Source of the DNA: Mucisphaera calidilacus
GTDB lineage: Bacteria > Planctomycetota > Phycisphaerae > Phycisphaerales > Phycisphaeraceae
Reading direction: 5' to 3'
Assembly (NCBI RefSeq): GCF_007748075.1
Contig: NZ_CP036280.1
Span: 3,120,001 to 3,152,000 of the forward strand
Length of the DNA stretch: 32,000 bases
A model generated the notes under the pieces. The model did not search any database and was not told where the DNA came from. It saw nothing but the letters and a program-made list of their open reading frames with translations. Both the position numbers and the translations under genes were made by a program. Every line of letters starts with the position of its first letter. The first letter of the stretch is position 1. Of the stretch, positions 9,759-17,644 are shown one piece after another.

Positions 9759-10697
9759 ATGGTCACCAAGCGTCCATCTCGTCTGGGTAAGGGGCTGGCA
9801 AGCCTCGTGAGTCAGCCGGTGTCGGTGCAGCCCCCTGCTGCTTCTGAAAAGGCTGCGGCAGCGGCGGCATCGTCCGATGCGGAGGTGATTCATCGCCTGC
9901 TGCTGGAGGATCTGGAGCCGAACCCGTTCCAGCCGAGGCAGGACTTTGATCCGGCGCGGCTTCGGGAGTTGGCGGACTCGATCCGATCGCAGGGCGTGAT
10001 GCAGCCGGTGACGGTGCGGAAGAAGCCGGGCGAGGCGGGTCGGTACCAGATCATCGCAGGTGAGCGTCGCTGGCGCGCCGCGAAGCTGGCGGGGTTGGAG
10101 CGGATCCCTGCCCTGCTGCAGGCGTTGGAGGATCAGCAGGCGGCGGAGTGGGCGTTGATCGAGAACCTGCAGCGGGAGGATCTGAACCCGATTGAGCGCG
10201 CGAAGGCGTTGCAGGAGCTGATCCATAGGCATGGGCTGAGTCATGACCGGCTGGGGCAGCAGATCGGGTTGGAGCGGTCGACGGTGACGAATCTGCTGCG
10301 GCTGCTGTCGCTTGCTGAGCCGGTGCAGGATCATCTGCGGTCGGAGCGGCTGGCGATGGGTCATGCGCGGGCTTTGGCGGCGGTGTCGGACCTGGATTTG
10401 CAGGCGGAGCTGGCGGACCGGGCGGTGCGTGAGGGGTGGTCGGTTCGGCGGGTGGAGTCGGAGGTCAAGCGGGCGGGCAGGGCGCAGGACGAGGCGCCGT
10501 CGGTGAAGCGTGAGGCGCGGGGCGTGCACCTGGCTGCGTTTGAGCAGCATATTCTGCAGCACACGGGGTTGAAGGCGAGCATCAAGCCGACGGGCAAGAA
10601 GGGGGGCGGGAAGCTGACGCTGGCGTTTGATTCGCCTGAGGGGTTCATGGCGCTGCTGGGGCGGCTGGGGGTTCCAGAGCCTGAGGAAGGCGTTTAG
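9759..10697 (+). CDS. parB: chromosome partitioning protein ParB/Spo0J
   Basis: SRLGKGLASLV N-terminus, LEPNPFQPRQDFD, and the IIAGERRWRAAKLAG arginine patch/CTP-binding motif. HTH region plus a C-terminal dimerisation tail. Confidence 0.95.
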   Translation: MVTKRPSRLGKGLASLVSQPVSVQPPAASEKAAAAAASSDAEVIHRLLLEDLEPNPFQPRQDFDPARLRELADSIRSQGVMQPVTVRKKPGEAGRYQIIAGERRWRAAKLAGLERIPALLQALEDQQAAEWALIENLQREDLNPIERAKALQELIHRHGLSHDRLGQQIGLERSTVTNLLRLLSLAEPVQDHLRSERLAMGHARALAAVSDLDLQAELADRAVREGWSVRRVESEVKRAGRAQDEAPSVKREARGVHLAAFEQHILQHTGLKASIKPTGKKGGGKLTLAFDSPEGFMALLGRLGVPEPEEGV

Positions 10698-10722
10698 GTC
10701 CGATAACCTCTTGCGGATGCGA

Positions 10723-10807
10723 GGCACGGGTTTGCATCATCGCGGGCAGTGCGGGGCGGGGGGTTGAGACGTGCATGACCCGGGACGCCCGTCCCGGCCT
10801 CGTTGGG
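10723..10807. repeat. ~85-bp intergenic repeat, copy B (inverted relative to copy A)
   Basis: Its reverse complement aligns with 4891..4976. It contains the same CCGGGAC-N-GTCCCGG palindrome and lies between the convergent parB and cheB 3' ends. Confidence 0.8.
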
Positions 10808-10915
10808 AGGGGCTATTGGTTGAGAGGGGGCACGCCTAGCAGACGATTCTCTGACGAGAAGCTTGCTGAGATTCGGCACGCGTGCGTGGTTTGGAGGGAT
10901 GTGTGGATGGGGTTG

Positions 10916-12001
10916 TTATGCGGCGGCGCGGGTGGTTTGGGTTTCGATGAGTGCCTGGGCGAGTTGGACGGGGGGCATGGCGGCGAGGGCGGTTTGGTCT
11001 TCGACGACGGCTTTGGGCATGCCATAGACGACGCTGGTGGCCTCGTCCTGGGCGAGGATGGTTCCGCCTGCCTCTTTGAGCGTTTTGGCGCCGTTGGCTC
11101 CGTCGCGGCCGATGCCGGTGAGGACGATGCCCAGGGCGTTGGCCCCGAAGACCCTGGTGGCGGATTCGAGGAGGAGGTTGACGCTGGGTTTGTAGGCTTC
11201 GTCGGGTGCTTCGACGGTCTGGATGCGTGGGTTGTTGGGTCGTCCGGTGATGATGTGGTGTGAGCTGCCATGCATGATGGTGATGGTGCCGGGCCGGATG
11301 ACCTCGCCGTCTCCACCATGAACTACGTTCATTCTGCAGACGTTATCGAGTCGGTTGGCCATGGACTCGGTAAAGACTTTGGGCATGTGCTGGGCGACGA
11401 CGATGGGCAGGGGGAAGTTTTCGGGGAGTCGTTCGAGGATGTATTCGAGGACGGGGGGCCCGCCTGTGGAGGAGCCGATGCAGACGATGCTGACGTTTCG
11501 GACGGGTTCGATGGCGGATCTGACGGCGGCGGGGGGGTTCGTGGTGGTGGTGTCGTTCTGGGCGTCGGCGTTTCGTGGGGTTGTCTGCGTTGTGGTGAAG
11601 CGACCGCGTGAGGCGGCGATGGCCTTGATGCGTTCGAGCAGGTCGTCGCGCATGTCGCCCATTTTGGTGGAGAAGGTGGAGTGGTCTTTGGCGATGACGT
11701 CGACGGCGCCGATGCGTAGAGCGCGCAGGGATTCGACGGAGCCTTCGGTGGTGAGGGAGCTGCACATGAGGACGCGTGTGGGGCACTCGCGCATGATGAC
11801 GCGTAGGGCGGTGAGGCCGTCCATCTCGGGCATTTCGATGTCGAGTGTCATGACGTCGGGTTTGAGGGATTTGGCGAGTTCGACGGCCTGGAGTCCGTTC
11901 TTGCCGGTGGCCACGACCTCGATGCGCGGGTCTTCGTTGAGCATGGTGCTGATGGCACGTCTCATGAAGGCCGAATCGTCGACAACTACTGCTTTGATCA
12001 T
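10916..12001 (-). CDS. cheB: chemotaxis response regulator protein-glutamate methylesterase CheB
   Basis: MIKAVVVDDSAFMRR...DVMTLDIEMPEMDG receiver, then the esterase motifs GSSTGGP, VAQHMP and GIGRDGA. Start at ATG 12001 with GGAGAG upstream. The upstream 31 ORF codons are rejected. Confidence 0.95.
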   Translation of the reverse strand: MIKAVVVDDSAFMRRAISTMLNEDPRIEVVATGKNGLQAVELAKSLKPDVMTLDIEMPEMDGLTALRVIMRECPTRVLMCSSLTTEGSVESLRALRIGAVDVIAKDHSTFSTKMGDMRDDLLERIKAIAASRGRFTTTQTTPRNADAQNDTTTTNPPAAVRSAIEPVRNVSIVCIGSSTGGPPVLEYILERLPENFPLPIVVAQHMPKVFTESMANRLDNVCRMNVVHGGDGEVIRPGTITIMHGSSHHIITGRPNNPRIQTVEAPDEAYKPSVNLLLESATRVFGANALGIVLTGIGRDGANGAKTLKEAGGTILAQDEATSVVYGMPKAVVEDQTALAAMPPVQLAQALIETQTTRAAA

Positions 12002-12032
12002 GTCGCTCTCCGCGTTGGTGGTTCCCGGGTGA

Positions 12033-13493
12033 TTACGCGGCCTCTCGTGCGTTGGCGAGGCTGGCGAGTTTTTCGATGGGCGTCTGGATGCCATCGGTTT
12101 CGACGACGAGGTCGTTGCGTGGGTTGCGGCAGAAGTGGACGGGGCCGCGGAGTTCGTTCTTGAGTTTCATGGCGACGCCTCGGTAGGTGAAGACGACGGC
12201 GGGGAAGGCTCGCGCGGTGACGGTGAGGTCGACGACGCGGTCTTGTTCCATGCGTTCTTCGAGGGTTTCGAGGGCGCCTTGTGCTTTCTTGAGCCGGGTT
12301 TCGGTCATGGAGAAGTCGCACATGATCATGGTCATGCGTTCCTTCTGTTCGGCGTTGGGTTTTTTGAGGTACTTAAGGTTCTCGTTCTCGACGGTGAGTT
12401 CCTCGAGCTGCTGTTCGGAGATCCGGATGATCTGTCTGAGTTGTTCGGCGAGGGGTTCGAGTTTGGGGAGTGCGCCGAGGACGATGTTGGTGGCCATGCC
12501 GCCCGGGGATCCGAGTTCGTTGACGGTGCCTGAGCCGACGAGTTGTATGGTTCCGCCGACGAGCGAGGCTCGTGGTGCTTCGAGGTTGCCGTGGATGACG
12601 AGGTCGGATCCGAGGAGTTCCTTGTCGATGATGAGGTTGTGGTGGACCTGTCCGGAGACGTCGTTGAGGTATCGGGCGTGGAGGTCGTTGCCGACGTCGA
12701 CGGTTCCGTCCTCGCCGCCTGCGAATCCGCCTTTGGCGTGGAGGTCGCCGGTGCAGATGATGGTGGCGGACTCGATGAGTCCGCGGATCTCGATGTTGCC
12801 GTCGGCCTTGACGCGGAAGAGGTCTCGGACGCCTTTGGTGATGAGGACGTCGCCACAGAAGTCGATATGTCCGGTGGAGAAGTCGACGTAGCCGTTGACT
12901 TCGAGTTGTGATTCGATAACGGCGCGGCTGTGTTCGCGCAGGAGGACGCCTCGGCAGGTGGCGATGAGGTCACCTGCGGGTTTGATCTCGATGGAGTCGT
13001 TGGTGTCGAGTTTGGCGGCGGTGCCCATGTGAGCCTTGACGACTTCGCCGCAGATTTCTCTGCCGTCTTCGCCTGCGGTGGGCTCGTGGATCTTGCCGAT
13101 CTTCTGTCCGCGTTTGACCATGATGAAGGCGGAGCGGTCGTAGTGCGAGAGGCTGTGCGGCGCGTCGTCGGTGTTCTCGGTCTGGTCGTTGTCGGTTTTC
13201 TCGTCGGGTTCTTTGACGAGCCACTGGACGTAGCCGTCCTGGCCGTGTTCGGCGGGCGTTCCTTCGGCGATGGTGGCGGTGAGGTTTTCGCCTGGCTTTC
13301 GTTCGCGGATGGCGCGGTCGATCGCTGAGCGCACCTCGTCGGTGAGGTGGATGTTTTTCTCGGAGGCGGCCTGTTCGACGTAGACCGTGGTGAGGTGTTC
13401 GGCGTCGAAGCCTGCGGGCACCTTGAGTTCGGCGGTCATTCGGTCGGGGGCGAGTTTGACCGAGATATCGCGATCTTTGGGTGTGTCGGGCAC
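12033..13493 (-). CDS. DUF342/FapA-family protein embedded in the che operon
   Basis: The N-terminal ISVKLAPDRMTAELKVP segment and the long beta-helix-like repeats (GNIEIRGLIESATIICTGDLHAKGG...VIHGNLEA..LVGGTIQLVG), followed by a C-terminal coiled coil, are typical of DUF342. GTG start at 13493 with GGAG 5 nt upstream. The longer ORF to 13880 overlaps cheY and is S/P/R-rich. Confidence 0.8.
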   Translation of the reverse strand: MPDTPKDRDISVKLAPDRMTAELKVPAGFDAEHLTTVYVEQAASEKNIHLTDEVRSAIDRAIRERKPGENLTATIAEGTPAEHGQDGYVQWLVKEPDEKTDNDQTENTDDAPHSLSHYDRSAFIMVKRGQKIGKIHEPTAGEDGREICGEVVKAHMGTAAKLDTNDSIEIKPAGDLIATCRGVLLREHSRAVIESQLEVNGYVDFSTGHIDFCGDVLITKGVRDLFRVKADGNIEIRGLIESATIICTGDLHAKGGFAGGEDGTVDVGNDLHARYLNDVSGQVHHNLIIDKELLGSDLVIHGNLEAPRASLVGGTIQLVGSGTVNELGSPGGMATNIVLGALPKLEPLAEQLRQIIRISEQQLEELTVENENLKYLKKPNAEQKERMTMIMCDFSMTETRLKKAQGALETLEERMEQDRVVDLTVTARAFPAVVFTYRGVAMKLKNELRGPVHFCRNPRNDLVVETDGIQTPIEKLASLANAREAA

Positions 13494-13524
13494 ACGATCG
13501 CTCCGTTGTGGGAGCGGGTCTGGC

Positions 13525-13896
13525 TCAGGCGGCCTGTACCCGCTCGAGTGTTTCCTTGATGCGTCCGCCGAGGACGTCGGGCGTGAAGGGCTTGACGACG
13601 TAGTTGTTGACGCCGGCCTTGATGGCCTCGACGACGCGAGACTTTTCGGCCTCGGTGGTGACCATGATGATGGGTGTTTTGTGCCCTTGTTCGCGGTACT
13701 TCTTGACGAAGGTGAGTCCGTCCATGTTGGGCATATTCCAGTCGACGAGCAGGAGCTCGGGCTGGAAGGCACCGACCTTGGAGAGTGCGTCGAGACCGTC
13801 GGCGGCCTCTTCGATCTCGCTGTATCCGAGTTGGGCGAGGATGCCCTTCTGGATGTTGCGCATGGTCTTTGAATCGTCAACGAGCATGACTTTCAT
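13525..13896 (-). CDS. cheY: chemotaxis response regulator CheY
   Basis: MKVMLVDDSKTMRNI...LLLVDWNMPNMDG...IIMVTTEA...NYVVKPF carries all canonical receiver residues. Start at ATG 13896 with AGGAG upstream. Confidence 0.95.
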   Translation of the reverse strand: MKVMLVDDSKTMRNIQKGILAQLGYSEIEEAADGLDALSKVGAFQPELLLVDWNMPNMDGLTFVKKYREQGHKTPIIMVTTEAEKSRVVEAIKAGVNNYVVKPFTPDVLGGRIKETLERVQAA

Positions 13897-13931
13897 CGTG
13901 GTTTGCTCCTGTTCTTGAGTGGTTTGGTGGA

Positions 13932-14408
13932 TCAGGCGGCGGTGGCGTTGACCCACTCGACCATGGAGACCTCGACGGAGAACTCGCCGATGTCGCAGCT
14001 GCAGGGGATGGTGACGCCCTTCATGTCTTTTTTGCCGAAGACGGTGTGCCCGGTTCCGACGACGACGGAGGGTACGGAGATCTGGATGGACTTGCCTTCG
14101 AACTGTGCCTTGGCGCCGCCCGAGATCATGTTGACGAGTTCGCCGATGGCGTCGGCGAAGTCGGGGTTGGTGGCCTCGAGTGTTTCGCCGGTGAAGAGGC
14201 TGACGGCACGTTCGGCGGTGGAGGTTGGGAAGCTGACGACGACGAGACCTTCGATATCGCCGGAGAGCCCGATGATGCCGGAGACGTCGTGAGCGGGTTC
14301 GGGTTCTTTTTTGAGTTCCGGCTTGCCGACGGTCACGGGCAGCTGGAGCATCATCTCGAACACGTTGGATGTTGATTGCACGAAGGGTGTGATCGATGAG
14401 GAATCCAC
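13932..14408 (-). CDS. cheX: CheX-type CheY-P phosphatase (CheC/CheX/FliY family)
   Basis: A single DAIGELVNMISGG (D-x3-E-x2-N) active-site motif. ~158 aa. GTG start at 14408 with AAGGAG 6 nt upstream. Confidence 0.8.
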   Translation of the reverse strand: MDSSSITPFVQSTSNVFEMMLQLPVTVGKPELKKEPEPAHDVSGIIGLSGDIEGLVVVSFPTSTAERAVSLFTGETLEATNPDFADAIGELVNMISGGAKAQFEGKSIQISVPSVVVGTGHTVFGKKDMKGVTIPCSCDIGEFSVEVSMVEWVNATAA

Positions 14409-14427
14409 GCCTGTCTCCTTATAAATC

Positions 14428-16704
14428 TCAGGCCGCCTGACGTTCGGCGGTGGGGTTCTGGTTACGCAGGATCTGTGTGACGTCGAGGATGAGGCTGACT
14501 TCGCCGTCCTCCTGGATGGTTGCTCCGCTGAAGGGTCCGCCCTGGGTGTACCCGTCGTCGAGCGGCTTGATAACGATTTCCTGTTGTCCGACGAGTCGGT
14601 CGACGAGGAGTCCGGCGCGTTGGCTGCCGACGCTGACGACGACGGCGAAACGTCCGGAGTTTTCGCTACGGTCTTCGTTGAGTCGTGTGGTGAGGTCGAT
14701 GAGCGGCAGGACGGTGTCGCGGAGTCGGATGACGTCCTGTCCGTTGACGGTGTGTCGGCCGTGCTCATCGGGCCTGACGATCTCGTGGATGGACTGGAGG
14801 GGTATGGCGTAGAGGTGTTTGCCGACGCCCGTGACCATGGCGGGCATGATGGCGACGGTGAGTGGGATGAGGATCTCGATAGTGGTTCCGTCGCCCTCGA
14901 CGGAGTTGATGTTGATGGTGCCGTTGATCTTCTCGACGTTGGTTCGGACGACGTCCATGCCGACGCCTCGACCGGAGAGGTCGGAGACTTTTTCGGCGGT
15001 GGAGAATCCGGCCTGGAGGATAAACCGGAAGACGTCTTCGTCGGAGAGTCCTGTGAGTTGTTCTTCGGTGGTGAGTCCGCGTTCGACGGCCTTGCGCGCG
15101 ATGACGTCGCGGGAGAGTCCCTTGCCGTCGTCGATGATGGCGATGCGGACGTGGCTGCCCTGGTGTTCGGCGACGAGTCGGATGCATCCTTCTTCGGGCT
15201 TGTCGCTGGCCTGTCGTTTGTCGGGCGCCTCGATGCCGTGGTCGGCGGAGTTTCGGAGGATGTGGACGAGGGGGTCGGAGAGTTGTTCGAGGACGCTCTT
15301 GTCGACCTCGGTGTCCTTGCCCTCGATTTCGAGTCGGAGTTTCTTGCCGGTCATGCGTGCCATGTCACGGATGACGCGTGGGTATCGGTCGAAGAGTTTG
15401 GCGAGTGGCTGCATGCGTGTGCGCATGACGCCCATCTGGAGTTCGCCCATGAGCTGGTCGAGTTCGCCTGATGCGGAGGAGAACGACTCGGCGGTCTCGT
15501 GGGGGACGCCTGAGTCGCGGATGGTTCGCGTGAGTCCGAGGAGCCGGTTCTTGTTGAGGACGAGTTGTCCGACGAGGTTGAGGAGTGATTCGAGTCGTCC
15601 GACCTCGACGCGGATGGTCTGTTCGGCGACCTGCTTGGTGGCGGCTTTGGTTTCGGTTTTGTCGTCGGTCTTGTCGGCGGCGGCCTGGGCGTCGGGTGTT
15701 TGGGTGTTGCCGGGGGTGTCGGGTGCGGCGGCGTTGCCGGTGAGTTCGTTGTGTTCGGCCTCGGTGAGCAGTTCGTCGAGGAGGATGAGTGTACGGAGGT
15801 CGTCGTTGTGTTTGTTGGCGACGTCGGGTTCGAGGGTGTTGCCCTGTGCGAGTGTGTCGAGTCGTTGGATGTAGGTGTTGACGCTGAGGTTGAGGGCGCG
15901 TTTCTCGGCGAGGGTGTCGGCGGACTGCTTGACGAGCCAGGCGAGGGCGCGGATGCGGATGACGAGGTCGGGGATGGCGTTGGCGTCGGTGTGTCGGAAG
16001 TCGAGTGCGTGTCGGTGGATGGCCTGTGTGAGTTGCGAGAGGTCGTCGAGGTCGAAGAAGTCTGCGGTCTTGACGAGGATGTCGGCGACCTCGGCGAGGT
16101 GTTCGGTGGCGTCGCTGCGTGTGGCGTCGTTGGCGAACTGTCCGGCGGCTTCCTCGATGAGTTCGACCTGTTCGCGTAGGTCGGTGACCATGAATTCGAG
16201 GAGGTCGGCTTTCTGTTCGGGCAGTTCGAGGGCTCGGCTGGCGACGCGGTTGTCGTCGGCGGGCGTGGTTGGTTCGGGGGTGTCGTTGCTGATGACTGCT
16301 GCGGCGGCGGTTTGGGCCTTGACCAGTTCCCCGAGTGCTTCCATGAGCGGTTCGGGCGCGGGGTCGGCCTCGCGTCCTTCGCCGAGGTCGCTGATCATCT
16401 GTCGGACGACGTCGGCGGACTGCAGGAGGACGTCCATGCTGGCGTCGGTGACCTCGATCTCGCCCTTGCGCATGCGGTTGAGTGCTTCTTCGGCGACGTG
16501 TGCGAAGCGGATGATGGTTTCGAGGTTGAGGAAGCTGGCGGCGCCCTTGATGGTGTGGAGTGCGCGGAAGCAGCTGTTGAGCAGGTCTTTCTGGTCGGCG
16601 TCGTCGGCGGTTTCGAGCTTGACGAGATCGTTGTCGAGCTGGTCGATGAGTTCGCCTGACTCGGTGAGGAAGTCCTGCAGCAGGCTAGGATCGATGGCGT
16701 CCAT
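14428..16704 (-). CDS. cheA: chemotaxis histidine kinase CheA
   Basis: P1 Hpt (CFRALHTIKGAASFLN), P3 (IRVEVGRLESLLNLVGQLV), P4 (LVHILRNSADHGIE, DDGKGL, GRGVGMDVV) and a C-terminal CheW-like P5. Start at ATG 16704 with GGAGAA upstream. The 173 upstream R-rich ORF codons are rejected. Confidence 0.95.
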   Translation of the reverse strand: MDAIDPSLLQDFLTESGELIDQLDNDLVKLETADDADQKDLLNSCFRALHTIKGAASFLNLETIIRFAHVAEEALNRMRKGEIEVTDASMDVLLQSADVVRQMISDLGEGREADPAPEPLMEALGELVKAQTAAAAVISNDTPEPTTPADDNRVASRALELPEQKADLLEFMVTDLREQVELIEEAAGQFANDATRSDATEHLAEVADILVKTADFFDLDDLSQLTQAIHRHALDFRHTDANAIPDLVIRIRALAWLVKQSADTLAEKRALNLSVNTYIQRLDTLAQGNTLEPDVANKHNDDLRTLILLDELLTEAEHNELTGNAAAPDTPGNTQTPDAQAAADKTDDKTETKAATKQVAEQTIRVEVGRLESLLNLVGQLVLNKNRLLGLTRTIRDSGVPHETAESFSSASGELDQLMGELQMGVMRTRMQPLAKLFDRYPRVIRDMARMTGKKLRLEIEGKDTEVDKSVLEQLSDPLVHILRNSADHGIEAPDKRQASDKPEEGCIRLVAEHQGSHVRIAIIDDGKGLSRDVIARKAVERGLTTEEQLTGLSDEDVFRFILQAGFSTAEKVSDLSGRGVGMDVVRTNVEKINGTININSVEGDGTTIEILIPLTVAIMPAMVTGVGKHLYAIPLQSIHEIVRPDEHGRHTVNGQDVIRLRDTVLPLIDLTTRLNEDRSENSGRFAVVVSVGSQRAGLLVDRLVGQQEIVIKPLDDGYTQGGPFSGATIQEDGEVSLILDVTQILRNQNPTAERQAA

Positions 16705-16730
16705 GTCGTTCTCCGTTTTCCCGCTTGCGG

Positions 16731-17576
16731 TTAGATCTTGGTGTAGGCGAAGGCCTGTGCCGCGCCGATGGGTTCGAAGCCGACGTCGAGGCTCCGGAGT
16801 GTTTCGCTGTGCCCGATGAAGAGGGTGCCGTCGTCGGCGAGCTGGTTGTGGAAGGTTTTGACGACGCGTGTTCTCATCTCGTCGTCGAAGTAGATCATGA
16901 CGTTTCGGCAGAAGATGACGTCGAAGGTTCCGAAGCGTTTGGCGGCGAGAGAGTCTTTGAGGTTGAGTTTCTCGAAGTGGACCATGGACTTGATATCGGG
17001 GTCGATGGTGTAGTTGCCGTTGTCTTCGGAGAAGTATCGGTTGAGGACCATGGGGTCGACGGAGCGAATGGCGTAGTTGGTGTAGACGCCTTTGGACGCG
17101 GTGAGGAGCACTTTTTCGCTGATATCGGTGCCGAGGATCTCGATGCGCCAGTCGTTGAGGCGTACGCCGAGTGACCGGTAGATCTGTATGGCGAGTGTGA
17201 AGGGTTCTTCGCCGGAGGAGCATGCGGCGGACCAGATGCGGAGTTGCTTCTGTCCTTTGCGTGCTTCGAGGAGTCCTGGGAGGACCTGTCGTTCGAAGAC
17301 TTCGAGTTGTGGTTCGTTCCGGAAGAAGCTGGTTTCGTTGATGGTGATGCGGTTGAACATTTCCTGGAACTCGTCGGACTGGTAGGGTCCGGCGGTGAGG
17401 AACATGATGTACTGGTCGAAGTCGTTGAATCCGAGTTCCTCGACGCGTCGTGAGAGTCTTGATTCGAGGACGTACTTCTTGGATTCCTGGAAGTGGATTC
17501 CGGCCCGTTCGTAGACGACGTCGCGCAGCTTGCTGAACTGGGCGTCGTTGAGTTTGAGGGTCGCGGTACCGGGCAT
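16731..17576 (-). CDS. cheR: chemotaxis protein methyltransferase CheR
   Basis: N-terminal helical domain plus a SAM-dependent MTase (RIWSAACSSGEEPFTLAI, VIFCRNVMIYFD). Confidence 0.95.
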   Translation of the reverse strand: MPGTATLKLNDAQFSKLRDVVYERAGIHFQESKKYVLESRLSRRVEELGFNDFDQYIMFLTAGPYQSDEFQEMFNRITINETSFFRNEPQLEVFERQVLPGLLEARKGQKQLRIWSAACSSGEEPFTLAIQIYRSLGVRLNDWRIEILGTDISEKVLLTASKGVYTNYAIRSVDPMVLNRYFSEDNGNYTIDPDIKSMVHFEKLNLKDSLAAKRFGTFDVIFCRNVMIYFDDEMRTRVVKTFHNQLADDGTLFIGHSETLRSLDVGFEPIGAAQAFAYTKI

Positions 17577-17644
17577 CTCGTCTCCCTTGGTGTGGAAGGC
17601 GCGTGACGGCGTTTGTGCCGTCGCGCGTGGTTGTGTTGTGAGGA

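Noticed and set aside
12002-17223. N-terminal extensions of the che ORFs in the track: cheB to 12094, DUF342 to 13880, cheY to 13956, cheX to 14768, cheA to 17223.
   Set aside because: The extensions overlap the preceding genes and are R/S/P/T-rich low complexity. Each conserved domain begins at an internal ATG or GTG preceded by a GGAG-type SD.
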